This document shows positions 46,504 through 56,229 of a stretch of DNA of 64,000 bases, one piece after another (position 1 is the stretch's first letter; every line of letters starts with the position of its first letter). This DNA comes from a virus. Its lineage: Duplodnaviria; Caudoviricetes. A program made the position numbers and the translations under genes. The notes under the pieces are model-generated. The model saw nothing but the letters and a program-made list of their open reading frames with translations, had not been told where the DNA came from and searched no databases. The stretch spans positions 256,001-320,000 of the IMG/VR virus record IMGVR_UViG_3300015615_000196, one strand, 5' to 3'.

Positions 46504-46953
46504 ATGAAACACGATTTGAACGATCAACAAGACCCGTTGCAAGCCCTGACTGAATTTTTAAAAAGTCCAGAGGGCAAGGCATCTATTGCTGCCTTTGCAC
46601 AGGAGTTAGTCAACAAAGACAACATCAAAGCATCCCAATTGGCAAGATTCAATGAGAGACTTGAAAAGGGTACTTTGGAATTTGCTTCGGTTGTCGAACG
46701 AGTTTTGGAAAAATACAACTCTGACAAGTACAGAGACCATTGGTATAAGGCAGGTTATGAACCGCCTGAACCGTTGTGTTTCTTTCTCTTTTACTATGCT
46801 GAAAAGTATGGACGTGAGTGTACGAAGAAAGAGTGGAAGAAATTTGCGAATATGTTCACGGGTGACCTGTACTACTACGGAGGTTACTATTTCAATTTGA
46901 TGCACGGACAAGGATCAGTGGTACATATCACACACGAGAACGATGAAAAGTGA
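46504..46953 (+). CDS. Hypothetical protein
   Basis: ORF ending with MHGQGS motif. Confidence 0.6.
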   Translation: MKHDLNDQQDPLQALTEFLKSPEGKASIAAFAQELVNKDNIKASQLARFNERLEKGTLEFASVVERVLEKYNSDKYRDHWYKAGYEPPEPLCFFLFYYAEKYGRECTKKEWKKFANMFTGDLYYYGGYYFNLMHGQGSVVHITHENDEK

Positions 46954-47143
46954 TGGACGGTTTATACGAGATATTGCAATCATACTGGTAATCGGTATTG
47001 GTTATCAATATCCGTTCAATAGCTGGCAGTATAATGTGAGTGTGTTCGTAAGCGGTTGTGTTTTCGTATACACTCTTTATCGAATTTTAATGTGGCTCAA
47101 TGCTAAAGGAAATAATTTCAAAGACGAAACTAAAGGACACTGA
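46943..47143 (+). CDS. Small membrane protein
   Basis: Two TM helices. Confidence 0.5.
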   Translation: MKSDGRFIRDIAIILVIGIGYQYPFNSWQYNVSVFVSGCVFVYTLYRILMWLNAKGNNFKDETKGH

Positions 47144-47732
47144 TCTAATTGCGGTCTACCCATACGGTTCAAGAGTATACGGAACTGCAAGAAAGAATTC
47201 GGACTATGATTTTATTGTCGTTACTCCAAAGAAAACCAACGAGCAATATTCAGACAAGTTGATCAACATCAACTTCTACACCCCGGAAGAGCATCAGAAT
47301 CGTTTGAACGAGCATGAAATTTCTGCTCTGGAATGTTACTTCTTACCACAAGAACAAGTTTTGTTCGATTGCTTTCATCCATTGAATAGAACACCACGAG
47401 TAAAGCCATTCACCTTCAAACTTGATTTGAATACACTTCGTCATTCGTTATCGGCAAAGTCATCGAACAGTTGGGTCAAGGCGAAAAAGAAACTTACTGT
47501 CGAGAAAGACTACGACATTGATCTTGGACGAAAGAGTCTTTTCCATTCATTCCGAATCATCGAATACGGAAAACAAATTGCCGTACATGGAACGATTGTA
47601 AACTATTGTTCCTGCAATGATCTCTTCAATGAAATTATGAACTGTTACACTTGGGATCAGATGTTTGATGGTTTCAAGGAACGTTACAATAAGTTGTGCA
47701 CTGAATTTAGAATCTTAGCCCCGAAAGAATGA
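47100..47732 (+). CDS. Pol-beta superfamily nucleotidyltransferase
   Basis: YGSRVYGT...SDYDF signature. Confidence 0.85.
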   Translation: MLKEIISKTKLKDTDLIAVYPYGSRVYGTARKNSDYDFIVVTPKKTNEQYSDKLININFYTPEEHQNRLNEHEISALECYFLPQEQVLFDCFHPLNRTPRVKPFTFKLDLNTLRHSLSAKSSNSWVKAKKKLTVEKDYDIDLGRKSLFHSFRIIEYGKQIAVHGTIVNYCSCNDLFNEIMNCYTWDQMFDGFKERYNKLCTEFRILAPKE

Positions 47733-48730
47733 CATCAATTTTAGTAACTGGTGGAGCCGGATTTATCGGTTCAAATTTCATACCGTTCATGCTTAACAAG
47801 TATCCGTCTGAATACAGCATCGTTAATTTGGATGCGTTGACGTATGCGGGTAATCTTGAAAACTTAAAGGAGGTTGAAAAACATCCGCATTACAATTTCG
47901 TTCATGGCGACATACGTGATCGTGCAATGGTGAAAGATATTTTCAGACACTACAGATGTCGTGCAGTGATCCATTTTGCTGCCGAGTCACACGTTGATAA
48001 TTCAATCACAGGGCCGGAGGCTTTCATCACTACAAACGTATTGGGTACGTTTACACTACTCGATGTTGCAAAAGAAATGTGGAAGGATGCGAGAGGATAC
48101 AATCCAAGATTTTTACACATATCAACAGATGAAGTGTATGGTAGCTTGGGTGAGACTGGACTTTTTACCGAGAGAACACCCTACGCACCGAATAGTCCAT
48201 ATTCTGCATCGAAGGCTTCCAGCGATATGATTGTTCGTAGCTATCATCATACCTACGGGCTGGATGTGGTGACGACAAATTGCTCGAACAACTACGGCCC
48301 AAAGCAGCACAAGGAAAAACTAATTCCTACAATCATTCGATCAGCATTGGCAGGAAAAGAAATACCCATCTATGGTGATGGTAAAAACGTAAGAGACTGG
48401 TTGTATGTTGGTGATCATGTAAGAGGAATTAACACTGCCTTCCATCTTGGAAAAGCAGGTGAGACATATAACATTGGTGGGAAGAACGAGAAAACGAACA
48501 ACATGATTGCCAAGCAAATTTGTGATGTGCTTGACCAATACTATCCAAGACCAGACCGTAAGTCCTATTCAGAACAAATCACATACGTGGCAGATCGTGC
48601 AGGACATGACAGACGATACGCAATAGATGCCACCAAGATCACTTCAAAATTGGGATGGGCTGCTGATGTAGATTTCGAAGACGGAATTAAGAAAACCGTC
48701 CAGTGGTACGTCAAACAGCTTATAGGGTAA
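47729..48730 (+). CDS. rfbB: dTDP-glucose 4,6-dehydratase
   Basis: GGAGFIG, AAESHVD, STDEVYG, YSASK, NNYGP, RDWLYV, GHDRRYA. Confidence 0.95.
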   Translation: MTSILVTGGAGFIGSNFIPFMLNKYPSEYSIVNLDALTYAGNLENLKEVEKHPHYNFVHGDIRDRAMVKDIFRHYRCRAVIHFAAESHVDNSITGPEAFITTNVLGTFTLLDVAKEMWKDARGYNPRFLHISTDEVYGSLGETGLFTERTPYAPNSPYSASKASSDMIVRSYHHTYGLDVVTTNCSNNYGPKQHKEKLIPTIIRSALAGKEIPIYGDGKNVRDWLYVGDHVRGINTAFHLGKAGETYNIGGKNEKTNNMIAKQICDVLDQYYPRPDRKSYSEQITYVADRAGHDRRYAIDATKITSKLGWAADVDFEDGIKKTVQWYVKQLIG

Positions 48731-49532
48731 TATCGTCACGGTCGATCTCCGCACCCTTATCAATCAATACGGAGATTTGGCTTACAACGTTATCCATTTC
48801 ATCATACGACTCGTAGATTTTGTCAATGATGAATTTCATTTCATCATCACGTCTTTGACCATTGAGTTCAAGAATAAGGATATTCATCAAGCCTTTCAAT
48901 CGGCTCAATGGCGCATTGAGTAGATGTGAATTTATGAAGCCGTATTCAATGAACTTTTCGTTTTTCTTTTTGATGATTTCTTGAAGTTGTTCGTTGTGAA
49001 CTTTGATTCTATCAGCATACTCGTTGAGTTTCTTCAAGTCTTCATTTCTCTTGCTCGATATGTAGGCAATACTGATTACCTGAGAAACATCACTACCAAA
49101 TTTTACATCTTCCTTTGTCCAGCTATAGTGCTTACCAGTCTTACCAAAGAATACCATACCGTATTGTACTCCATCTACGTAGATGGGGATTTGAAGTATT
49201 GACTTGATATTCTCTTTGTCAAAGTGTTCGTAGAATTCGTAAGTGAACTGACTGTTGTAAACATCGTTGGCCACAATGACACGCTTTTCAAGTAGTGCTT
49301 TTGTGTATGAGGGATACTGATCTAAATCAAAAGAGAAGTTGCAATCGAAATCGAAAGACTTTTCCTGATACTTAAATTGGCAGCTTAAAAAATGCTCGTG
49401 GAATTTCCATACCGTTAAACGGTTGATTTTCATTCCATCGAATGCAATTTTCGAGATTTCGATCAGCGACTGCTTAAATCCTAAATTCTGTACTTTCCTG
49501 CTGAGTTCTAAAAAAATATTTTCGCTGACCAT
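48720..49532 (-). CDS. GAF + HisKA (DHp) protein lacking the HATPase domain
   Basis: GAF with IKSILQIPI..G...G and WTKED; H-box INSHLLNAPLSRLKGL; protein ends about 55 aa later. Confidence 0.75.
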   Translation of the reverse strand: MVSENIFLELSRKVQNLGFKQSLIEISKIAFDGMKINRLTVWKFHEHFLSCQFKYQEKSFDFDCNFSFDLDQYPSYTKALLEKRVIVANDVYNSQFTYEFYEHFDKENIKSILQIPIYVDGVQYGMVFFGKTGKHYSWTKEDVKFGSDVSQVISIAYISSKRNEDLKKLNEYADRIKVHNEQLQEIIKKKNEKFIEYGFINSHLLNAPLSRLKGLMNILILELNGQRRDDEMKFIIDKIYESYDEMDNVVSQISVLIDKGAEIDRDDITL

Positions 49533-49677
49533 TGTGACTTTCTTTCACTGATAAATACACTTTTTGGCCCAATTGCCAGACTATTTTCATGATAACTTAA
49601 TTAAATTTTGAACTTTTTTCAGTAGATTTGTGGTTATGGAAATGTATTTATCAGTGGAAGAAAATTCCACGAGACCT

Positions 49678-50073
49678 ATGTTTTTAGAACCTCAAGAATT
49701 GAGGATTGGCAACTATATCAACTACGAAAATACTACACACGTAGTAGCTGAACTTCACAAAGAGAAAATCATCCATTTCTGGATCAATTCTGGTCACGAT
49801 GGTTACGTCACCACATACAATCAAGTACAGGCTATCCCTCTCACAACGAGAGAGATTCTCGATTTTGGATTCGAAGAAGACTTTGATCGAGTAAAGTATT
49901 TCGAAGGATACTTCGATAATAACGGTATGTGTATCGAACACGATGGAGATAATTTTTGGTTGTGCCAGCATCGTGATGAAGATGAAGTAGTAAGAATCGC
50001 AGTAGTTGATGATGTACACGAATTGCAGAATTTGTACTACCACATCACAGGAAAAGAACTGACCTACAGCTAA
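49678..50073 (+). CDS. Phage hypothetical protein (ELRIGN...VHELQNLY family)
   Basis: Recurrent Bacteroidota-phage motifs as recalled. Confidence 0.65.
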   Translation: MFLEPQELRIGNYINYENTTHVVAELHKEKIIHFWINSGHDGYVTTYNQVQAIPLTTREILDFGFEEDFDRVKYFEGYFDNNGMCIEHDGDNFWLCQHRDEDEVVRIAVVDDVHELQNLYYHITGKELTYS

Positions 50074-50312
50074 TGGTTTACACTGATCGAGTTCATATGA
50101 TCGCAACTACGATTGAAGAACTGCATGAGTTTGCAGGAAGCATTGGACTGAAAAGATGTTACTACCGAAACCCAAGAAAGAAACGTCACCCTCATTACGA
50201 CTTGATGAATGAACGCATCCGAACAGCAGCAATCGAACACGGTGCAAAATTGGTAACAGATCGTACCATTGTAACATTGTGTCGCAAATTTTACGGGGAA
50301 AGGCTCCTGTAA
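50073..50312 (+). CDS. DUF4031 family protein
   Basis: HMIA..EELHEFA..IGLKR, HYDL, AIEHGA. Confidence 0.8.
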   Translation: MVYTDRVHMIATTIEELHEFAGSIGLKRCYYRNPRKKRHPHYDLMNERIRTAAIEHGAKLVTDRTIVTLCRKFYGERLL

Positions 50313-50388
50313 AATAGGAAATACGATTATTTATGATAAATTTGTTGTGCCTGAGCAGTCAGGATTAACCTTATTTAAGTTTTCGACC

Positions 50389-50619
50389 ATGAGTCGTTCA
50401 AGAAAAAAGGAAGCAGTCTATAAAGACCCATCCAACACCAAAGGCAAGAGATTTGCCAATAGAAAATTCAGACGTAGAATCAAGCAAGCCGTTCACAATG
50501 AAGACGAAACCATGCCTGTCATTGATGAAGTAATGAATCAATACGACCTTGTTGATTTCAAATTCAGAGCGGTGAAGGAACGTGATAAGGAGTACTACGA
50601 TAAGGTGAAAAGAAAATGA
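50389..50619 (+). CDS. Small basic hypothetical protein
   Basis: MSRSRKK...KRFANRKFRR. Confidence 0.6.
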   Translation: MSRSRKKEAVYKDPSNTKGKRFANRKFRRRIKQAVHNEDETMPVIDEVMNQYDLVDFKFRAVKERDKEYYDKVKRK

Positions 50620-51452
50620 AGGAAAAACTAAAGCTGTGGTATGAGAAGATAGTGCGACTTTATGATAGTGCGATTGTTCTAAACGCCACACTATTCATAA
50701 TTCTTTCTACTATCGTATTCGGTTTTAGTTACCAGTACTTTCACAACAACCCAACCGAATTTTTTGAAGAGTTTCTTTTCGCATCCTATGGTATGATTCT
50801 CGACATTGCAGTAATTGGTATATTGATTACTTGGATTACGGAGAGAAGAGAAAAGAAGTATCGCATTCAGTCATATATGAATGAGATCGATGACTTTAGA
50901 AGTTGGGTATCAGAAGAATCGATGTTTCGAACCGTAGGTAACATCAAAAGATTAAATAAGAATTCGATCACCGAAATGAATCTCGTGGATTGTACACTCC
51001 GTAACATCAACCTGAACTATGCAGACCTTACGTCATCTAATTTAAATTCTGCTGATATTTCTAATTCAACATTGATCGGAGTCAGACTGAACAATTGCAG
51101 AATGAACCAGACTAACTTTGAAAATAGTAACCTTAATCAGGCAGAACTCAAGAGTGCGTTTGCAACAGGTTCTAATTTTAAAGACAGTTATTTGATCAAG
51201 TCTGATTTTAGCAAAGCGTATTTGATCAAAGCAAATTTTGAAAACGCATTCTTGATTGAGGCAAATATGAACGGAGCAATTGTCTCCGATGCAACATTCA
51301 AAAATGCAAGTCTATACAAAGCTGATTTAAGAAATGCTGTTGGCCTTAAAGCCGAACAACTCATAAATGCCAAGAGTCTGTATTTAACTAAACTTGATCC
51401 AGAAATTGAGGTAGAATTAAAAAGGGTAGCCCCTCATTTACAAAATGCTTAA
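50616..51452 (+). CDS. Membrane-anchored pentapeptide-repeat protein
   Basis: Two TM helices, then A(D/N)(L/F)xx repeats. Confidence 0.85.
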   Translation: MKEKLKLWYEKIVRLYDSAIVLNATLFIILSTIVFGFSYQYFHNNPTEFFEEFLFASYGMILDIAVIGILITWITERREKKYRIQSYMNEIDDFRSWVSEESMFRTVGNIKRLNKNSITEMNLVDCTLRNINLNYADLTSSNLNSADISNSTLIGVRLNNCRMNQTNFENSNLNQAELKSAFATGSNFKDSYLIKSDFSKAYLIKANFENAFLIEANMNGAIVSDATFKNASLYKADLRNAVGLKAEQLINAKSLYLTKLDPEIEVELKRVAPHLQNA

Positions 51453-51717
51453 AATTGAAGTAGGAGATTATCGAATGATTGATTTGGCAATGATGATCGC
51501 CACATCACAAATTTCAAGACGTGTGATACACGAAGGGTTTGAATACGAAGTGAAAGACATCATCAGTAGAATCATGGGATTCGATGAAAAAACAAAAAAT
51601 CCGATATGGATTGACGGAAAATTTTATGTACTGGCGAGAGTAAACCCTAACGACATAACACCAGTTATCGTTTACATGCATGAAACGCCATATAAACAAC
51701 AATATCTCAACGGGTGA
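51445..51717 (+). CDS. Hypothetical protein
   Basis: ORF. Confidence 0.5.
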   Translation: MLKIEVGDYRMIDLAMMIATSQISRRVIHEGFEYEVKDIISRIMGFDEKTKNPIWIDGKFYVLARVNPNDITPVIVYMHETPYKQQYLNG

Positions 51718-51979
51718 TTACAGCATCAAAGATATTATTGCCCTGCTGCTTAATTGGCAATTCCGTCTTGGTGATTCCATCGAAACATCGTCTCAATGGA
51801 ATGGGATTACAGTGAAATACCGTGCAACGCTGGCAGCATATGACGAACGTACTGCCTGTTTGAAAATCACTGAGAAGATACGAATAGACGAAAACGGGCA
51901 GGTTTCAAAAGAAGTTTACAAAGACGAGTACACAAATCTGCCCATTGAGTATCTGGAATTCTTTAAGCATGTGTTCTGA
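51680..51979 (+). CDS. Hypothetical protein
   Basis: ORF. Confidence 0.5.
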   Translation: MKRHINNNISTGDYSIKDIIALLLNWQFRLGDSIETSSQWNGITVKYRATLAAYDERTACLKITEKIRIDENGQVSKEVYKDEYTNLPIEYLEFFKHVF

Positions 51980-52011
51980 GGCCATGCTGAGTATTTATAG
52001 CGTAGAAGGCA

Positions 52012-52311
52012 ATGAAAATTACTCACCCCGATTTTATAAAAAATGGTTACTATTCCATTTTGGACATTCAGGAATATTTACTAAGTTTGAAACTTAAAGA
52101 GGCGAGACATAAGCTGGAAATGGACGAGAAAAGCGTTCCGGTGACAGCATATATCGACCACACGCTTACGGCCTTTAGAGAACTTTTGAAAATGATCGAC
52201 AAGTCTCAATTGCCGTTGGTGTACCGCGAAATAGAAAAAGCGATAGCACAAATTGAGGAATTGAAGCATCCCAAAGCTAATGCAAAAAAGAATAGAAATT
52301 CTACATGGTGA
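52012..52311 (+). CDS. Hypothetical protein
   Basis: After GTATTTAT at 51991. Confidence 0.55.
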   Translation: MKITHPDFIKNGYYSILDIQEYLLSLKLKEARHKLEMDEKSVPVTAYIDHTLTAFRELLKMIDKSQLPLVYREIEKAIAQIEELKHPKANAKKNRNSTW

Positions 52312-52468
52312 TTTTGGAACGGTCAGGAACGAACTTGGCCAACTCGTAAACAATGAAGTAGAAGAAATTATTTCACTAACCCATAGCACCAGTTCCAACA
52401 ATACGAACTCATTCATCACAATCGTGATTATCTTTATACCTAAACAAGAAGAGGATGAAAAACAATAA
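52280..52468 (+). CDS. Hypothetical protein
   Basis: ORF. Confidence 0.45.
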   Translation: MQKRIEILHGDFGTVRNELGQLVNNEVEEIISLTHSTSSNNTNSFITIVIIFIPKQEEDEKQ

Positions 52469-52847
52469 TGCACTTGTAAACATTGGACTTGCTCAACTGG
52501 CAAAAGAAAAGGGCTTCGATGAAATTTGTGATGCCGGATATTGTTTCGACACTACGAAACAAGCCTACTACACAAACTACGATCCTGATTATTTCAAGAA
52601 CAGTTTGTTGTGGGAGAAGCACACGGCAGCACCAACTCGTGAGCAATTACAGACTTGGTTGCGTGAGAGAAACGTGATCGTCACTGTTGAAGTAGATCGC
52701 ACCTACGAACCAAAGTTCGTCTACAGTGTGGATGTCTACAAAGATGGTGGCAATTGGGACAAAGAACTCAACAAGTACTCTGACTTGTACTACAAGTACG
52801 AACAGGCACTTGAAGATGGATTACAAGAGGGTTTAAGTAAACTATGA
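52455..52847 (+). CDS. Phage hypothetical protein
   Basis: AKEKGF, APT..QLQTWLRE, YEQALEDGL motifs. Confidence 0.65.
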   Translation: MKNNNALVNIGLAQLAKEKGFDEICDAGYCFDTTKQAYYTNYDPDYFKNSLLWEKHTAAPTREQLQTWLRERNVIVTVEVDRTYEPKFVYSVDVYKDGGNWDKELNKYSDLYYKYEQALEDGLQEGLSKL

Positions 52848-53554
52848 AAATCATTTCTCAGTTCAAGGACTTTTACGATTTTGTTGTCACTGAAACCGAC
52901 AACAGAAAAGTTTTTGTCCGTGCAACAAAAGATGTTGTCTTCACGAAAGAAGAACAAAAGAAAAACCCATCGAGAACTATCCTTTCTCCTATTCCAAGAG
53001 AGAAGGTTTCTCAATTAGATAGAAGAGACTATATCGCACATTTCGATCATGGTCACGTCAGTGTTGTTGCATTCTGCAATAAGCTACACACATATCTACA
53101 GTACAAGAATTTGATCTATTGGAGATACGAAGACATACCAGCAGACGTATTAAAGGATTTGGAACCATACGGACGTAGTAGATGGGAGACCAGTGATGAA
53201 GACTACGAGAAGTATAGCTGGTATCACAATCCGTTGAAGGATATTCTTCGCTACAAGAAAATTGATTGGGTGAGAGATCGTCATACCAAAGAGCCATACG
53301 AAACCAAACTCAACAAAGCATTTAACGCTCCTGTTCTCATTGTAAAGGACGGAACGCTTGATCACATTACGCTCAATCCAAGATTGACTGACATTGGCTT
53401 CAATCGTATCCTTACACCTACCGAAGCATATCAGGACATCTACAATTGGATTCCGTACAACGAACCAGAAGTACCTTCTTCGCCAACGGACTTGAGCCGT
53501 TACGAAGCAAAAGGATTTGACAAGAAGACCTCATTTAGACCAAAGATGAAATGA
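52844..53554 (+). CDS. Phage hypothetical protein
   Basis: MKIISQFKDFYD...GFDKKTSFR. Confidence 0.7.
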   Translation: MKIISQFKDFYDFVVTETDNRKVFVRATKDVVFTKEEQKKNPSRTILSPIPREKVSQLDRRDYIAHFDHGHVSVVAFCNKLHTYLQYKNLIYWRYEDIPADVLKDLEPYGRSRWETSDEDYEKYSWYHNPLKDILRYKKIDWVRDRHTKEPYETKLNKAFNAPVLIVKDGTLDHITLNPRLTDIGFNRILTPTEAYQDIYNWIPYNEPEVPSSPTDLSRYEAKGFDKKTSFRPKMK

Positions 53555-53847
53555 GAATTCTTTTTGATGAAGAAAGAAAACGACCATTGAAAGTTGTCAA
53601 TCGAAAAGGTCATTTCTCCATGCGAGACATAGGAGAATGGATCAAGGCCATTTCGAGTATCAACAGAGAATTCAATGGTGATGCGTACCAAAATACGAAT
53701 GAAGAGATTATTTATGGCTATGGAAATGGTGATATGGTTTATCGTTTTGAATTGGAAGAACGAATTAATAACCTACCACCAGAATTGAAGGCACGTTATT
53801 CAAAACCGATCAATAAGAACTACTATAAAACTTTCACTTTAAAATGA
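53551..53847 (+). CDS. Hypothetical protein
   Basis: Coupled ORF. Confidence 0.55.
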   Translation: MRILFDEERKRPLKVVNRKGHFSMRDIGEWIKAISSINREFNGDAYQNTNEEIIYGYGNGDMVYRFELEERINNLPPELKARYSKPINKNYYKTFTLK

Positions 53848-54170
53848 CACTGTTCCTTAGAAACAAAAACAACCGATCAATCGTAGACATTGACATCTAC
53901 GTTAAAACAGAAGAAGGTCGCAAGTTCGTTGAATTAAACAGTAGTGTGATTATCGACACCTACTCTGACTTCTTGATGAACAACCTCAACAATGCCAACG
54001 AGATCATAGATACATTCACGTACATTTCTGATTTGCGTGGTTGGCTTTGGGAAAGCTATTTCGCTGGTGAAGAAAACGATCCAGAAAGACTTCAAGACGT
54101 AATCAAGGAAGTTAAATCTTTCTTGAAGGGCGTTGCAACAAAATACGAACTTTATTACGTAGAGGATTGA
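53844..54170 (+). CDS. Hypothetical protein
   Basis: Coupled ORF. Confidence 0.55.
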   Translation: MTLFLRNKNNRSIVDIDIYVKTEEGRKFVELNSSVIIDTYSDFLMNNLNNANEIIDTFTYISDLRGWLWESYFAGEENDPERLQDVIKEVKSFLKGVATKYELYYVED

Positions 54171-54463
54171 AACCAGTCCACTACACCATGCGCAACTTGG
54201 AAGAGATCATTCGAAGGGGCGCAAACGTCAATAGAATCAAGGTTGGCGACATTTTGTATTTACGTCTTGATTTCTTAAATTTGAAGATTGAAGAAGAGAT
54301 TGAGGTTGTGGATATTCAGGACGGCAAGTACTTTATCAAGACCTTGAGAGCATTCAAGCGAATTGATGAACGAACACGGTTGATTATTCCAGATGCCTAT
54401 ATCCAGTTTTTTACGTTGAATGACGTGGATGATACTATCTTCAAAACACCGAAATACCTATGA
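54167..54463 (+). CDS. Hypothetical protein
   Basis: Coupled ORF. Confidence 0.5.
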   Translation: MKPVHYTMRNLEEIIRRGANVNRIKVGDILYLRLDFLNLKIEEEIEVVDIQDGKYFIKTLRAFKRIDERTRLIIPDAYIQFFTLNDVDDTIFKTPKYL

Positions 54464-54666
54464 GCGAACTAAAGTGGAAAAGCATGGAAACGAAGGTTTG
54501 GGGATTTCATTTAGACCCTGAGCCGGAAGTAATTTATGTAATCGAAGGTTGCAGTGCTGGCAACTACATTGTCGTTCACGAAGACGCATTCGGATATTCA
54601 ACGGGTCAAACCGAAATCATGACCAAAGAAGCAGTCGAAGAAAAATACGGAATCAAACTACAATGA
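54460..54666 (+). CDS. Hypothetical protein
   Basis: Coupled ORF. Confidence 0.5.
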   Translation: MSELKWKSMETKVWGFHLDPEPEVIYVIEGCSAGNYIVVHEDAFGYSTGQTEIMTKEAVEEKYGIKLQ

Positions 54667-55022
54667 AAGCATCAGATGTAAAATTTAAGGTGTGGGATAA
54701 GGAAGAAAAGAAATTTGTTCGTCAGGTCGAAATAGACCGCATCCCCACTCAAAACACTCGTTACGGTTTTAAACTGAAAAGCGTTTTTGAATTGTTCCTT
54801 TACACTGGTGAGAAAGACACTGGTGGAAAAGAGATTTATGATGGTGATATTCTCGAAGTATCATTGCATCCACACATTTCACAACATATTGTGAAGTTTG
54901 AAAATGGTGCTTATGGTGTTTACGAAGACAACACATTTAAAGTACTCGGTAAATTTCTTGGGTACTACAATGGATTGGACGGCACGATCACTGTCGTTGG
55001 ACACGTTAAAAAACTAAAATGA
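54663..55022 (+). CDS. YopX family protein
   Basis: KFKVWDK, YTGEKD..GKEIYDGDIL, VVGHV. Confidence 0.8.
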   Translation: MKASDVKFKVWDKEEKKFVRQVEIDRIPTQNTRYGFKLKSVFELFLYTGEKDTGGKEIYDGDILEVSLHPHISQHIVKFENGAYGVYEDNTFKVLGKFLGYYNGLDGTITVVGHVKKLK

Positions 55023-55471
55023 AAGTATACTTAGCTGGCGCAATTACTGGACAAAGTGAAGGTAGTGCAAAGGGTTGGAGAGAAGCAGTCACTGAACGTT
55101 TGAAAGACGTTGGAATCACTGGTTACTCACCAATGAGAGGAACGGCATACGTTTCAGGAACACAAGGTCTTACTGAAAAGGAAAAGACAAAGTTCTTCGG
55201 ACAAAACATTGACTCCATCGTTGGTATCAATGTGAGGGACTACAACGACTGCAAGACTTCGGATGCGATTCTTGTTAACCTGCTTCCTGCCACAAAGGTA
55301 TCAATTGGTACTGTGATGGAAATTGCATGGGCAAGAGCATTTCAAATTCCAGTGGTAATTGTAATGAACGAAGAAAATGTTCATCGTCATGGTATGCTTA
55401 TGCATGGTAATATTGTAGTCGATAACCTTGACGAAGGTGTTGCTTCAATCATTCAACTTTTAAAACCATAA
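55019..55471 (+). CDS. Nucleoside 2-deoxyribosyltransferase / nucleotide N-hydrolase family
   Basis: VYLAGAI, SPMR, RD..D...SDAILVNL, SIGTVMEIAWA. Confidence 0.85.
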   Translation: MKVYLAGAITGQSEGSAKGWREAVTERLKDVGITGYSPMRGTAYVSGTQGLTEKEKTKFFGQNIDSIVGINVRDYNDCKTSDAILVNLLPATKVSIGTVMEIAWARAFQIPVVIVMNEENVHRHGMLMHGNIVVDNLDEGVASIIQLLKP

Positions 55472-55473
55472 CT

Positions 55474-56229
55474 ATGTGGGATAAAACATTAAAACAGAAT
55501 ACAGAAGGATTCGCGAATCAAGTCTATGACATATTGGAACGCATTGGCGGTGCTGTGCCAAACCAACGTATTCCTTTTGTCTATGAACATCTTGAATCGG
55601 AGTATCCGTGCAGAGAATGGAGATTCATGGGAAAACTTGGTGTTGGTGGAAAATACAGGGCACAACGTAATCGCGTAGATTATTACCATGAAGATGAAAC
55701 TCCTGAAATGGTTCTGGTGACGGATGCTATAAATGAAGCACTCACGAAACTTGAGCGCAAGCATATCGTCTATGTTGACATGGATGGTGTAGTTGCCGAT
55801 TTCAATGCAGAGATCATTAAAGTTCATCCTACTATCTTCGAACATGAAGATGGTGACTACAGAGGAAAGGTCATTGATGAAATCTGTGAAGCAGACGTAA
55901 ACATTTTTCAACGTCTCAAACCAATTCCCGGAGCAGTTGAAGCAATCGACAAGTTGAAAGATTACTATGAGATTTTCTTCTTATCAACTCCGATGTGGAA
56001 TGTTCCTCATTCGTTCACTGACAAGAGATTGTGGATTGAGCAATACTTCGGTGAAGTCGGAAAGAAGCGTTTGATTCTCACCCATCATAAAGACCTCAAC
56101 GTAGGTGAATATTTGATCGATGACAGATTGAAGAACGGTGCAGAGAAGTTCACAGGCAAGCATCTACACTTTGGCACACAGTCATTTCCTGACTGGAAAT
56201 CGGTAGAAGAATACCTGCTACCAAAATAA
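55474..56229 (+). CDS. 5'(3')-deoxyribonucleotidase (NT5C) with extra N-terminal domain
   Basis: VDMDGVVADF, LSTP, DKRLWI, LIDDR; ~95-aa N-terminal extension (EWRFMGKLG.GGK). Confidence 0.85.
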   Translation: MWDKTLKQNTEGFANQVYDILERIGGAVPNQRIPFVYEHLESEYPCREWRFMGKLGVGGKYRAQRNRVDYYHEDETPEMVLVTDAINEALTKLERKHIVYVDMDGVVADFNAEIIKVHPTIFEHEDGDYRGKVIDEICEADVNIFQRLKPIPGAVEAIDKLKDYYEIFFLSTPMWNVPHSFTDKRLWIEQYFGEVGKKRLILTHHKDLNVGEYLIDDRLKNGAEKFTGKHLHFGTQSFPDWKSVEEYLLPK

